Positions 39,673 through 50,544 of a stretch of 64,000 nucleotides of DNA are shown one piece after another; positions within the stretch are counted from its first letter, which is position 1; the number at the start of each line of letters is the position of its first letter. Under the pieces are notes generated by a model. The model made no database searches. It worked only from the letters and a program-made list of their open reading frames with translations, and was not told where the DNA came from. The DNA is from a bacterium (lineage in GTDB: Bacteria > Margulisbacteria > Marinamargulisbacteria > GCA-2716485 > JAYNIM01), in contig JAYNIM010000007.1 in the NCBI GenBank assembly GCA_038109055.1, positions 5,923 to 69,922 of the forward strand, read 5' to 3'. The position numbers were made by a program, and so were the translations under genes.

Positions 39673-40823
39673 AAAAAAAAATTTCTATTCTTGGCGCTAC
39701 CGGATCAATCGGCACTCAAACACTCGATGTCATAAAAAACAATCTTAAATACTTTGAAATTGTAGGGCTTTCTGCACACAAAAATGTCAAAAAACTACAA
39801 GAACAAATCCTAGAATTCAACCCAAAACTTGTAGCAGTAAGCACTAAAGAAACACAAAAAATTATCCATCATTTTATAAAAAAAAACCACTTAACCACCC
39901 GTGTAATGCATGGAAAAGCCGCATTAAATACCATTGCCAACGAAAAACAAGACATGCTCGTCATCGCCATTATTGGAACCATTGCGCTTGAACCATGTAT
40001 CAACGCAATAAAAAACCAAACCCCCATCGGATTAGCTAATAAAGAAATCTTAGTTGCCGCAGGAGACATCATTACCTCTTTAGTTAAAAAATATAAAGGC
40101 AAACTTATCCCTATTGATTCTGAACATGCCGCAATTCAACAATGTATTGAAAAGAAAAATAAAAAAACCATTAAAAAAATAATTTTAACAGCTTCAGGAG
40201 GCCCATTTTGGAACACACCTCATAGCCACTTCAAAAAAATTACCCTAAAAGACGCTCTCAAACATCCAACATGGTCCATGGGAAACAAAATAAGTATTGA
40301 TTCCGCAACAATGATGAACAAAGGCCTTGAAATTATAGAGGCTCATCACTTATTCCAACTCCCTTATACAAAAATTGACGCAATTATACACCCTCAAAGT
40401 ATTATTCATTGTTTAGTCGAATTCATCGATGGAAATACCCTAGCTCATTTAAGCCCAACAAATATGAAATTCCCTATCCAAAATGCCTTAACCTATCCTA
40501 ATAAAGTAAAAAATTCATGGCCAAAATTAAATTTCAATAAACTAAACAATTTAAATTTTTACCCCCCAAACCCAAAAAAATTCCCTCTGTTAACACTTGC
40601 CTATGATGTTGGCAAAAAAGGAGGGTCGTATCCACCAGCCATGAATGCAGCCAATGACATTGCAAATGCCTTATTTTGTCAAAACAAACTCTCTTTTATA
40701 CAACTACAAAACATCATAGAAGAAGCCATTCAAACACATACATATACAGTCCCAAAAACAATTAATGACATCATAGAAATAGAAAAAAAAACTCAAGAAA
40801 AAATTAAAAAAAAATATGCTTAA
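39669..40823 (+). CDS. dxr: 1-deoxy-D-xylulose-5-phosphate reductoisomerase
   Basis: LGATGSIGTQTL, LANKE, PIDSEH, TASGGPF, HPTWSMG.KISIDSATMMNKGLE. Confidence 0.98.
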   Translation: MKKKISILGATGSIGTQTLDVIKNNLKYFEIVGLSAHKNVKKLQEQILEFNPKLVAVSTKETQKIIHHFIKKNHLTTRVMHGKAALNTIANEKQDMLVIAIIGTIALEPCINAIKNQTPIGLANKEILVAAGDIITSLVKKYKGKLIPIDSEHAAIQQCIEKKNKKTIKKIILTASGGPFWNTPHSHFKKITLKDALKHPTWSMGNKISIDSATMMNKGLEIIEAHHLFQLPYTKIDAIIHPQSIIHCLVEFIDGNTLAHLSPTNMKFPIQNALTYPNKVKNSWPKLNFNKLNNLNFYPPNPKKFPLLTLAYDVGKKGGSYPPAMNAANDIANALFCQNKLSFIQLQNIIEEAIQTHTYTVPKTINDIIEIEKKTQEKIKKKYA

Positions 40824-41898
40824 AACAAATACATATCTTTTATTTTTAAACCAATTTTTATTCGATAATCCAGCATTATTACAGAAAATTGCCAAACGCT
40901 ACCCTAGCTTAGAATCTTTTCAAAGAAACGAGACAAGTATCATCCCTCACTTATCCCCTAGCAAACAAACACATTACATGTATACAAAAAAAACATTTAA
41001 CGCAGAGAAATACTTAGAAAAATTACATGCTTTAGGCATCACTTGTCTAGATATTCAAAATCCCTTATACCCTCAGCAATTAAAAGAAATTCATACCCCT
41101 CCCCTCCTCTTATACTGTAAAGGGAATCTAGAACAGCTTCAACAAGATCTCATCGCAATCGTGGGCACCCGAAATCCAAGTCACTACGGAACTGACTGTT
41201 GCACTCACTTCACAAAAACACTTTGCCATTATTTTGGTATCATATCTGGATTGGCTGCAGGTATTGATAGTCACGCCTTAAGAACTTGTTTAAGCGAAAA
41301 AAAAGGGTGCATCGCTGTCATTGGAACCGGCTTAGACATCATTTATCCTAAAATAAATGTCTCACTATCCAAAGAAATAAGTGAAAAAGGACTCATTCTC
41401 TCAGAATTCCCATTAGGAACAAAAGGCTTAGCACATCACTTTCCTCAACGAAATCGCATTATTAGCGGGTTATGTAAAGGCATTTTAGTTTGTGAAGGAA
41501 AACAAAAAAGCGGATCATTAATTACAGCAAATTATGCGATCGAACAAAATAAGGATGTTTTTACAATTCCTGGAAATATTTTCTCAGATTTAAGTGAAGG
41601 CCCAAACGGACTCATCAAAGAAGGTGCAAAATTATGTCAATCCCCTCAAGATATTTTAGACGAATACAATATTCTTTTAAAAGAACAACCCAATATAATT
41701 TCAAAAAATAAACGTACAAGCAATTTAAATGAAAAAGAAATACAGCTTCTTACACTCCTTGATGAACCTGAAAATAGCATCGATAGCCTATTAGAAAAAA
41801 CTGGCTATCCATTAACTACCTTACTACAAACACTAAGTTTCCTTGAAATTCAAGGATTCATCAAAACAACTAATAACCAACACTATAAAAGGATATAA
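40816..41898 (+). CDS. dprA: DNA-processing protein DprA
   Basis: AIVGTR, SGLAAGID, FPQRNRIISGL, SGSLITA; winged-helix C-terminus. Confidence 0.96.
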   Translation: MLKTNTYLLFLNQFLFDNPALLQKIAKRYPSLESFQRNETSIIPHLSPSKQTHYMYTKKTFNAEKYLEKLHALGITCLDIQNPLYPQQLKEIHTPPLLLYCKGNLEQLQQDLIAIVGTRNPSHYGTDCCTHFTKTLCHYFGIISGLAAGIDSHALRTCLSEKKGCIAVIGTGLDIIYPKINVSLSKEISEKGLILSEFPLGTKGLAHHFPQRNRIISGLCKGILVCEGKQKSGSLITANYAIEQNKDVFTIPGNIFSDLSEGPNGLIKEGAKLCQSPQDILDEYNILLKEQPNIISKNKRTSNLNEKEIQLLTLLDEPENSIDSLLEKTGYPLTTLLQTLSFLEIQGFIKTTNNQHYKRI

Positions 41899-41982
41899 AA
41901 AGGAATAACTATCGAAACAAAACCTTCTAACAAATACCTTAACTATGCTAAGATAACACGATGAAAAAAAGCAGTTTAATTT

Positions 41983-43614
41983 ATGAAAAAACATAAAAAC
42001 CACTACATATTCATCACTGGTGGTGTTATTTCATCCCTAGGAAAAGGAATTATAGCCGCATCATTAGGATCTCTACTAAAAAAACAAGAGTATAGCGTAA
42101 CCATACAAAAATTTGACCCTTACTTAAATATAGATCCAGGCACCATGAATCCTTACCAACATGGTGAAGTATTTGTAACAGAAGATGGAACCGAAACAGA
42201 TCTAGATTTAGGACATTATGAACGATTTATAGACCAAAATTTATCAAAAAAAAATAATGTAACCTCTGGAATGATATTTTGGGATGTCCTAAACAACGAA
42301 CGAAACGGAAAATATTTAGGAAAAACAGTCCAAATCATTCCACACATCACTAACGAAATAAAAAATAAAATATCCCAAACATTAAGTGAAGACAACTTTA
42401 ATTTTATCATTACAGAAATTGGCGGAACCGTTGGTGATATAGAAAGCCTCCCTTTTTTAGAAGCCATTAGACAGTTTCAATATCAAAATAAAACCACATG
42501 CATACATATTCATTTAACCTTACTTCCATTTATAAAAACATCAAACGAATTTAAGACAAAACCCACACAACACAGCGTAAAAGAACTAAGAGAAATTGGC
42601 ATACAACCAGATATCATTATTTGCCGTTGTGAGAAGCCCTTCACTCAAGAAATAAAATCAAAAATTGCACTTTTTTGTGATGTTAAAGAAAAAAACATCA
42701 TTGCTGCAATAGACGCAAAGTCAATATACAGTCTTCCATTATATATGCATAAAGAAGGCTTAGACACAGCCATTTTAGACACCTTAAATCTCCCCAAAAA
42801 AAAGATCTCTTTACAAGACTGGGAATACTTTAATTCCCAACTTGAAAACAAAAATAATACAACTATCACAATCGGTATCGTGGGAAAATACACAAATTAC
42901 TCAGATTCATATATAAGTATCGTAGAATCACTAAAACACAGTAGTGTTCATAACAACTGTAACTTAAAGATTTTGTGGATTGACTCAGAAAAAATAACAG
43001 AAAAAAACATAACGAAACTATTAGCTCCATGCAACGGTATTTTAATACCTGGAGGATTTGGAGAAAGAGGTATAGAAGGGAAAGTTTTAACCGCAAAATA
43101 CGCAAGAGAACAAAAAATTCCCTTTTTTGGAATTTGTCTAGGGTTACAAATAGCTATCATCGAGTTTGCAAGAAATATCCTCCATATAAAAAATGCTAAC
43201 AGTAAGGAATTTAACAAAACAGAAAAAGACAATGTCATAACCTTTTTACCTGAACAAAAAAACCTTTTAAAAAAAGGCGCCAGCATGCGGCTAGGAGCAT
43301 ATACGTGCCAGATTAAAAAAGACAGCTTACTCTTTAAGGCCTATCAAAGTACCATCATTTCTGAACGCCATCGTCATCGTTATGAATTTAACAACCACTA
43401 TAAAACTCAATTCGAAGATAATGGATTAATAATCTCAGGAAAAAATCCCAACAGCCAATTAGTAGAAGTCATAGAATTAAAAAATCATCCTTGGTTTCTT
43501 GCCTGCCAATTTCATCCAGAATTTAAATCTAGACCCCAAAAAGGAAGCCCTTTATTCAATCAATTCACCCAAGCAGCAAAAACCAATAGAAATGAACAAA
43601 AAAATAGAAAATAA
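41983..43614 (+). CDS. pyrG: CTP synthase
   Basis: TGGVISSLGKG, DPGTMNPYQHGEV, GICLG, ERHRHRYE, QFHPEF. Confidence 0.98.
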   Translation: MKKHKNHYIFITGGVISSLGKGIIAASLGSLLKKQEYSVTIQKFDPYLNIDPGTMNPYQHGEVFVTEDGTETDLDLGHYERFIDQNLSKKNNVTSGMIFWDVLNNERNGKYLGKTVQIIPHITNEIKNKISQTLSEDNFNFIITEIGGTVGDIESLPFLEAIRQFQYQNKTTCIHIHLTLLPFIKTSNEFKTKPTQHSVKELREIGIQPDIIICRCEKPFTQEIKSKIALFCDVKEKNIIAAIDAKSIYSLPLYMHKEGLDTAILDTLNLPKKKISLQDWEYFNSQLENKNNTTITIGIVGKYTNYSDSYISIVESLKHSSVHNNCNLKILWIDSEKITEKNITKLLAPCNGILIPGGFGERGIEGKVLTAKYAREQKIPFFGICLGLQIAIIEFARNILHIKNANSKEFNKTEKDNVITFLPEQKNLLKKGASMRLGAYTCQIKKDSLLFKAYQSTIISERHRHRYEFNNHYKTQFEDNGLIISGKNPNSQLVEVIELKNHPWFLACQFHPEFKSRPQKGSPLFNQFTQAAKTNRNEQKNRK

Positions 43615-45142
43615 AATTGATTTAAATTTAGAAGAAAGCAAAGAATTTGACATCCTTCATGAAATCGCTGAGACACTCGCTTCTTCATTCAATCTAAGTA
43701 AAACACTCACAAAAATATTTACAATCTTAAATCAAAAATTAAATATAGAAAAAACACTTTTAATTTTGAACAAAGAAACTGACACCTATGTAATCAGTGA
43801 AAGTTATGGTTTTGATAATTTAGATACAGAACTAAACAAATACATATGTTTTAAAACCACACAAAAAGCTCTTTCTAATAACAAAACAATCATAGAAGAA
43901 ATAAACACCTTAGAACTAAATTTAAGTAACAACAAAAAAAAAACAACCTATTTTGCTTATCCCATAATTATGGGTGACGAAAAAATAGGTGTCTTGCATA
44001 CACAATTAAGATATAAAAATACAAATAATTCACATCAAACAAACAAAATTCTCTCTATCATATCTCTGATGTTAGGACAAGAAATCAAATTAAATACCTT
44101 AAAGGAAATTGAAACCAAAAAATTAAAAGAAGAAACTTATCAACTAAAAAATGAGCTAAAAAAAAAATATGGCATTAAAAATATGGCGGGTACCAGCCCT
44201 AAAATGCAAGAAATTTATAACTTAATTTCACAAGTCTCCCATACAACAACAACAATATTAATAAGAGGTGAAAGCGGTACAGGAAAAGAACTCATCGCCC
44301 ATGCAATTCATCACAACAACCACAATCGTCATGGACCTTTCATCAGCATCAACTGTGGCGCAATTCCAGAAAATCTTATGGAATCCGAATTATTTGGACA
44401 CGAAAAAGGGGCCTTTACAGACGCCTATGAACAAAAAAAAGGTAAATTTGAAGCAGCAGAAAATGGAACCTTATTTTTAGATGAACTTGGCGAACTTTCA
44501 TTAAATCTTCAAGTAAAATTACTACGTGTCCTTCAAGAAAAAGAATTTTCACCAATTGGAAGTCATAAAACTATCAAAACTAATGTACGAATTATTGCAG
44601 CAACCAATGAAAACTTAGAACAATTAATCGAAGAAAAAAAATTCAGAAAAGATCTCTACTATCGACTAAATGTTTTTCCTATATATTTACCACCCCTAAG
44701 AGAAAGAAAAGAAGACATATTACTTTTAATTAACCATTTTATAAATAAATTCAAAAAAGAAACAAACAAAGATATCTTTGGAATTTCTACAGAATGCTAC
44801 AATATCCTTTACAATTACAACTGGCCCGGAAATATACGTGAACTAGAAAATATCATTGAGCGAGCAACAATACTATGTGATAAAAACAAAATACAAACCT
44901 GTCATCTACCCACCAATATACTCGGATCAACAACATATCTTACCAGCACAAACAATCCCACTACACAAAAAGACCTAAAAGAGAGTATAAAAGATTTCGA
45001 AAAAAGTTTAATTATCAATGCATTAATAAAATCAAAGGGAAATAAAACAAATTCCGCAAAACTTTTAAACACAACTGTACGAATTTTAAATTACAAAATA
45101 AAAGATTTAATGATCAATTGGAAAACATATAAAACAAAATGA
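43592..45142 (+). CDS. Sigma-54-dependent enhancer-binding protein (GAF-AAA+-HTH, NifA-like architecture)
   Basis: GESGTGKE, ESELFGHEKGAFTDA, FLDE, FRKDLYYRL, WPGNIREL, Fis-type HTH. Confidence 0.93.
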   Translation: MNKKIENKIDLNLEESKEFDILHEIAETLASSFNLSKTLTKIFTILNQKLNIEKTLLILNKETDTYVISESYGFDNLDTELNKYICFKTTQKALSNNKTIIEEINTLELNLSNNKKKTTYFAYPIIMGDEKIGVLHTQLRYKNTNNSHQTNKILSIISLMLGQEIKLNTLKEIETKKLKEETYQLKNELKKKYGIKNMAGTSPKMQEIYNLISQVSHTTTTILIRGESGTGKELIAHAIHHNNHNRHGPFISINCGAIPENLMESELFGHEKGAFTDAYEQKKGKFEAAENGTLFLDELGELSLNLQVKLLRVLQEKEFSPIGSHKTIKTNVRIIAATNENLEQLIEEKKFRKDLYYRLNVFPIYLPPLRERKEDILLLINHFINKFKKETNKDIFGISTECYNILYNYNWPGNIRELENIIERATILCDKNKIQTCHLPTNILGSTTYLTSTNNPTTQKDLKESIKDFEKSLIINALIKSKGNKTNSAKLLNTTVRILNYKIKDLMINWKTYKTK

Positions 45143-45143
45143 A

Positions 45144-45172
45144 TTGACAAAAACAAGCAAAGTATTTAAGAT
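45144..45172 (+). promoter_or_regulatory. Sigma-70 promoter for rpmF-plsX-fab
   Basis: TTGACA (45144-45149), 17-nt spacer, TAAGAT (45167-45172). Confidence 0.8.
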
Positions 45173-45191
45173 CTTATGAACTGGAGAAATT

Positions 45192-45392
45192 ATGGCAGTA
45201 CCAAAAAAACGACATTCAAAATCTAGAAAACGCATTAAAAAAGCAAATTGGAAAATTAGCACTCCAACATTAAGGGCATGCCCTAATTGTGGAGAACTAG
45301 GGATTCCCTACCAAATATGTAAAAGCTGTGGTTTCTACAAAAACAAACAAGTTTTAATAATAAAATCAAAAAAAGAAAAAAAGGGAACCTAA
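45192..45392 (+). CDS. rpmF: 50S ribosomal protein L32
   Basis: MAVPKKRHSKSRK, CPNC..C..CG.Y. Confidence 0.97.
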   Translation: MAVPKKRHSKSRKRIKKANWKISTPTLRACPNCGELGIPYQICKSCGFYKNKQVLIIKSKKEKKGT

Positions 45393-45393
45393 A

Positions 45394-46413
45394 TTGATCA
45401 CAATTGCAGTGGATGCAATGGGTGGCGATTTCGCACCAAAAAATAATATTGAAGGCGCTATACACGCTGTAAATACCTTTGATATAAAAATCATTTTAGT
45501 TGGACAAGAAAATAAAATAAAAGCAGAACTTAAAAAGTATCCCAACTATCCAAAAGAAAAAATAGATATAGAACATGCCAACGATGTCATAAATATGACA
45601 GATTCACCTACTAAAGCATTTAGACAAAAAAAAAATTCATCTATACATATCGGCCTTAATCTAGTCAAAAAAAACATCGCTCAAGGATTTGTATCTCCTG
45701 GTAATACTGGCGCCATATTAACAACTTCTACCTTAATCCTAGGTAGAAGTAATGGAGTCGAAAGACCCGCTTTAGCATCTGCAATTCCTTCAAGCAAAGG
45801 CCCCTTTGTTTTACTAGATTTAGGATCAACCGTAGACTGCAAAAGTTCTCATTTACAGCAATTTGCTATCATGGGACACTACTTTGCCAAATTAATATTA
45901 CATATTAATAAACCTCGCATAGCCCTACTAAATATAGGCGAAGAAGAAGAAAAAGGTAATATTTTAACTCAAGAAAGCCACTCTTTGCTTAAAGAGCTCC
46001 CCTATAACTTTATAGGAAATATCGAAGCAAATGAACTTTTATTTGGACACTCCGACGTGGTTGTTTGTGATGGTTTTGTTGGAAATAATATCTTAAAATT
46101 TGGAGAAAGCATCTCAAAATTAATTAGTAACTTCATTAAAGATGCGGCAAAAAAATCATTCATAGCCGTTATTGGTATTTTATTTCTTAAGAAAAATCTC
46201 AAAGAATTCAAAAAAAAGTTTTCCTATGAAACTTATGGGGGAGCACAACTATTAGGCATCAATGGAATAAGCATTATTGCGCATGGAAATGCAAAACCCG
46301 AAGCGATAAAAAATGCAATCCGAATCGCAAAAGAAAGTATTGAATGCAACATGACAGAAAAAATAAGTTCCAGCATCAAAAAATACCACAACCAAACATC
46401 GCTAAAAAAGTGA
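45394..46413 (+). CDS. plsX: Phosphate acyltransferase PlsX
   Basis: IAVDAMGGDFAP, GNTGA, NIGEEEEKG, VCDGFVGN. Confidence 0.97.
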   Translation: MITIAVDAMGGDFAPKNNIEGAIHAVNTFDIKIILVGQENKIKAELKKYPNYPKEKIDIEHANDVINMTDSPTKAFRQKKNSSIHIGLNLVKKNIAQGFVSPGNTGAILTTSTLILGRSNGVERPALASAIPSSKGPFVLLDLGSTVDCKSSHLQQFAIMGHYFAKLILHINKPRIALLNIGEEEEKGNILTQESHSLLKELPYNFIGNIEANELLFGHSDVVVCDGFVGNNILKFGESISKLISNFIKDAAKKSFIAVIGILFLKKNLKEFKKKFSYETYGGAQLLGINGISIIAHGNAKPEAIKNAIRIAKESIECNMTEKISSSIKKYHNQTSLKK

Positions 46414-47351
46414 AAACAAAAATACTCAGCATTGGTGGAGCCCTTCCACAAAAGACACTAACCAACAATGATTTTATAAAATTAGGATTAGAAACATCAG
46501 ACGAATGGATCACTACCCGAACAGGCATAAAAAAACGTCATATATGCTCAAATTCTAACGAGATCATACAGATAAGTACGAAAGCATGTGAACAAGCTAT
46601 TAAAAATAGTCCTTTAACTAACAAAGATATTGATCTTATGATTGTCGCAACATCAACAGCTCCTTATTCTGGTTTTCCTTCCTTAGCTTGCCACTTACAA
46701 AACAACCTACAATTAAATCCAATTCCGGCATTCGACATAAGCGCTGCATGTACCGGATTCAATTATGCCCTAACAATAGGTCAACAATTCATTGAAAATA
46801 ACACTGCAAAAAACGTCTTAATCGTCGCTGCAGATGCACTAAGCTCTTTAGTAGATTGGAAAGATCGAAGCACATGTATTCTTTTTGGTGATGCGGCAGC
46901 AGCCGTCATCTTAAGTCAAAGTAAAGAGCAAAAAATTCTTTACTCAAAATTATTTTCAAATGGATCAGATACAGGGATTTTAACAGGTGACAAAGAAAAT
47001 AAGATAAAAATGAAAGGGAAACAAGTTTTTAAAAATGCCGTACAATATTGCATTTCAACAATAGAAGAATGCTTAGAAAAAACAAAGCTAACTATTGAAT
47101 CCTTCACTCATATTATCCCTCATCAAGCCAACCAACGAATTCTCGATCAATTAAAATTAAAACTATCAATTCATGACGACCAATTAATATCGACTGTTGC
47201 CAACTACGGAAATACCTCAGCTGCAAGCATTCCTTACGCGCTATACGAGTTACACAAAAAAAACAACTTAAAAAAGGGAGATAAAATTATGATGATAGGC
47301 TTCGGAGCAGGTTTTACTTGGGGAATAAATTTAGTAGAATGGTCACAATGA
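46410..47351 (+). CDS. fabH: Beta-ketoacyl-ACP synthase III
   Basis: TSDEWI.TRTGI, AACTGF, LFGD, PHQAN, GNTSAASIP; GTG start overlaps the plsX stop. Confidence 0.97.
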   Translation: MKTKILSIGGALPQKTLTNNDFIKLGLETSDEWITTRTGIKKRHICSNSNEIIQISTKACEQAIKNSPLTNKDIDLMIVATSTAPYSGFPSLACHLQNNLQLNPIPAFDISAACTGFNYALTIGQQFIENNTAKNVLIVAADALSSLVDWKDRSTCILFGDAAAAVILSQSKEQKILYSKLFSNGSDTGILTGDKENKIKMKGKQVFKNAVQYCISTIEECLEKTKLTIESFTHIIPHQANQRILDQLKLKLSIHDDQLISTVANYGNTSAASIPYALYELHKKNNLKKGDKIMMIGFGAGFTWGINLVEWSQ

Positions 47352-48265
47352 AAAAAATAGCGATTGTATTTCCAGGACAAGGGTCACAAAAAGTAGGCAT
47401 GGGAAAAGACCTTTATGAGGCTATCCCTGATTGCAAAAGACTTTTTGATCAAAGTAATGACATATTAAAAAAAGAGTTATCCGATATATGCTTCAACGGA
47501 CCAAAAGAACTATTAACCCATACCAGTTATGCACAACCAGGCCTGTTCGTAGTTGCAACAGCAATATTTAACGAAATTAAAAAATTACCCATAGACATAC
47601 GCTATTTAGCGGGACACAGCCTTGGAGAACTAACCGCTTATCATGCCAGTGAAGTACTAAACTTTGAAGAAACATTAACGGTCATCAATAAAAGGGCTCA
47701 AGCAATGGCAAATGCTTACAAAGAAACCTCAGGAATGACTGCCGTCATAGGCCTTGAAGAAAAACAAATAAAAGACATTCTCAAAACATGTAAAGAATGT
47801 GTTGTAATCGCAAATTATAATACCCCAAGTCAAATTGTTATTTCTGGCAATAAAGCCGGCCTAGAAGAAGCACATCCAAAATTAAAAGAAGCTAAAGCCA
47901 AACTGATTCCTTTGCCTGTGTCTGGCCCTTTCCATTCACCATTAATGACCCCTGCGAGTGAAGAACTAAAAAAAGTCACTGACAATCTATGCTTTAACAA
48001 TGCGCGTTTCCCCATCATTTTAAACAAAGAAGCTAAACCAGAAAGCCAACAAAATAAATTAAAAGAAAATATACCGCAGCAGCTAATAGCCTCTGTCCAA
48101 TGGGTGAAGAGCATTGAATTCCTTAAAAAAGAATGTGACACAATCATAGAATGTGGTCCCGGAAATGTATTAAGCAATTTAATCAAGAAAATTGATCCTT
48201 CCATCAAAACAATCCCGATAAATACCTTAGAATCATTAGTTAATTTTAAAAAACAAATTCAATAA
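47348..48265 (+). CDS. fabD: Malonyl-CoA-ACP transacylase
   Basis: FPGQGSQ, GHSLGE, L.VSGPFHS. Confidence 0.97.
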   Translation: MKKIAIVFPGQGSQKVGMGKDLYEAIPDCKRLFDQSNDILKKELSDICFNGPKELLTHTSYAQPGLFVVATAIFNEIKKLPIDIRYLAGHSLGELTAYHASEVLNFEETLTVINKRAQAMANAYKETSGMTAVIGLEEKQIKDILKTCKECVVIANYNTPSQIVISGNKAGLEEAHPKLKEAKAKLIPLPVSGPFHSPLMTPASEELKKVTDNLCFNNARFPIILNKEAKPESQQNKLKENIPQQLIASVQWVKSIEFLKKECDTIIECGPGNVLSNLIKKIDPSIKTIPINTLESLVNFKKQIQ

Positions 48266-48279
48266 AAGAAGGAAAATTA

Positions 48280-49029
48280 GTGAGCAAATTTAGCAAACAA
48301 GTCATCGTAGTAACAGGAAGCACAAGGGGTATTGGCTATGAAATAGCAAAAAAATTTGCTAATGAAAATGCCGAAGTCATAATATCTGGAACAACAGAGG
48401 AAAAATGCAACGAAGCTAAAAATAAATTAGAAAAAGAAAGTGGAAAAGCAATAAGCGCAATTCCCCTAAATTTAGCAGATAAACAAAATTGTAAGGCATT
48501 TATAGAAACAATCATCGAAAAACATAAGAAAATAGATGTATTAATTAACAATGCTGGCATTACAAAAGATAATTTACTTGTAAGAATGACTGAAGAACAG
48601 TGGACAGACGTCATCAATTGCAATCTAAATGGATGTTTTCTACTATGCAAATACACACTTAAGCACATGCTTAAAAAAAGATATGGGCGAATTATTAATA
48701 TAAGTTCAATCATTGGAATAATGGGAAATGCAGGCCAAAGTAACTATGCCGCAGCAAAAGCTGGAATAATTGGTTTTACAAAATCAATAGCAAAAGAGTT
48801 CGCAACAAAAGGCATCACCTGCAATACCATAGCGCCAGGGTTCATAGAAACGGATATGACAAAAACTTTACCAGCAAAGCAAATTGAAGCTATAATAAAT
48901 TCAGTACCTGTAAAAAGAATGGGAAAATCTGAAGATGTAGCAAATTTAGCATTATTTCTTGCATCTAAAGAAGAAGCATCCTACATAACAGGACAAGCCA
49001 TTCAAATTGATGGTGGTTTAAACATGTAA
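48280..49029 (+). CDS. fabG: 3-oxoacyl-ACP reductase
   Basis: TGSTRGIG, NNAGITKD, GQSNYAAAK, PGFIETDMT. Confidence 0.97.
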   Translation: MSKFSKQVIVVTGSTRGIGYEIAKKFANENAEVIISGTTEEKCNEAKNKLEKESGKAISAIPLNLADKQNCKAFIETIIEKHKKIDVLINNAGITKDNLLVRMTEEQWTDVINCNLNGCFLLCKYTLKHMLKKRYGRIINISSIIGIMGNAGQSNYAAAKAGIIGFTKSIAKEFATKGITCNTIAPGFIETDMTKTLPAKQIEAIINSVPVKRMGKSEDVANLALFLASKEEASYITGQAIQIDGGLNM

Positions 49030-49044
49030 AAAATGGAGGAAAAA

Positions 49045-49293
49045 ATGACATTGAACGAAGAAGAAGTATACAAAAAAATTAAATCTGTAATAGTAGAGCA
49101 ACTAGGAGTTTCAGAAGAAGAAGTAAGCAAAGAAGCATCCTTTATAGATGATCTAGGTGCAGACTCACTTGATACAGTAGAGTTAGTGATGGCACTAGAA
49201 GAAGAGTTTGAAACAGAAATTGCAGACGAAGATGCAGAAAAATTAACAACCGTCCAAAAAACAATCGATTTTATTAGCGCAAACCAAAAATAA
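49045..49293 (+). CDS. acpP: Acyl carrier protein
   Basis: [28 protein letters not shown] favours the ATG at 49045. Confidence 0.97.
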   Translation: MTLNEEEVYKKIKSVIVEQLGVSEEEVSKEASFIDDLGADSLDTVELVMALEEEFETEIADEDAEKLTTVQKTIDFISANQK

Positions 49294-49299
49294 AAAAAT

Positions 49300-50544
49300 A
49301 TGTCAAAAAAAAGAGTTGTTGTTACAGGATTAGGAACAATAACCGCAATAGGTCATGACACAAAATCGTATTGGGACGCCTTAATTAACGGGAGATCTGG
49401 TGTAAAAAGAATAGAAAATTTTGATACAACAGATTTTCCCAGCCAAATTGGAGCCCAAGTATTAAATATAGACTATCAAGGATTTTTAGATAAAAAAGAA
49501 ATAAAAAGAAATTCAAGGTTTATATCGATAGGCCTCATGGCAGCAAAAGAAGCAATTGAAGATTCAGGCTACTCTATCAACGAAAACCCTGAAAATATTG
49601 GTGTAGACATTGGGTCCGGTATTGGCGGAATCGAAATCTTAGAAAATTCTACTCTAAGACTTCACCAAAAAGGGCCAAACAAAGTCAGTCCCTTTACAGT
49701 CCCAATGATGATTTGCGATATGGCAGCTGGTATGATCGCTATTCAATTTGGTGCAAAAGGGCCAAATGCTTGCGCCGTAACTGCGTGCGCGTCATCCGCC
49801 CATTCAATGGGAAATGCCTTTCAATTAATTCAACATGGTAAAGCAACGGCAATGATAACTGGAGGTTCTGAAGCCGCCATTAGTCCTTTAGGACTAAGCA
49901 GTTTTTGTGCAGCCAAATCATTATCAACTCAACACAATAATCAACCTGAAAAGGCCTCCCGTCCATTCGAGAAAAACAGAGATGGTTTTGTGATGGGTGA
50001 AGGAGCAGGCATGTTAATTTTTGAAGAACTTGAACATGCAAAAAAAAGAAAGGCAAAAATTTATGCTGAAATAAAAGGATTTGGAACAACTGGTGATGCC
50101 TATCATTTAACAGCTCCCGCTCCTGAAGGAGAAGGCGCTCAAAGAGCTATGAGACAAGCCTTAAAAGAAGCAAATATCAATGCGGAAAACATAGACTACA
50201 TAAACGCTCACGGAACTTCTACAATACTAAACGACAAGAACGAAAGTATAGCCATCAAAAAGGTATTAGGCAATCATGCTTATAAATGTGCAATAAGCTC
50301 AACAAAATCAATGACAGGCCATTTATTAGGTGCTGCAGCAGCTATTGAACTAATTGCAAGCATCCAGGCTATTAATACTGGCATTATACCTCCAACAATC
50401 AATTACGAAATACCTGATCCAGACTGTGATCTAAATTACACAGCAAATAAGGCCGTCAAAAAAGACATATCCTATATCATGTCAAATTCATTTGGATTTG
50501 GTGGTCATAACGCAACAATTATTGCAAAAAAATATCAACCTTAA
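49300..50544 (+). CDS. fabF: Beta-ketoacyl-ACP synthase II
   Basis: RVVVTGLG, TACAS, NAHGTST, KSMTGHLLGAA, NSFGFGGHN. Confidence 0.98.
   Translation: MSKKRVVVTGLGTITAIGHDTKSYWDALINGRSGVKRIENFDTTDFPSQIGAQVLNIDYQGFLDKKEIKRNSRFISIGLMAAKEAIEDSGYSINENPENIGVDIGSGIGGIEILENSTLRLHQKGPNKVSPFTVPMMICDMAAGMIAIQFGAKGPNACAVTACASSAHSMGNAFQLIQHGKATAMITGGSEAAISPLGLSSFCAAKSLSTQHNNQPEKASRPFEKNRDGFVMGEGAGMLIFEELEHAKKRKAKIYAEIKGFGTTGDAYHLTAPAPEGEGAQRAMRQALKEANINAENIDYINAHGTSTILNDKNESIAIKKVLGNHAYKCAISSTKSMTGHLLGAAAAIELIASIQAINTGIIPPTINYEIPDPDCDLNYTANKAVKKDISYIMSNSFGFGGHNATIIAKKYQP

Noticed and set aside
43592..45142. nifA / nitrogen fixation
   Set aside because: Architecture is shared by many enhancer-binding proteins and no nif genes are present.
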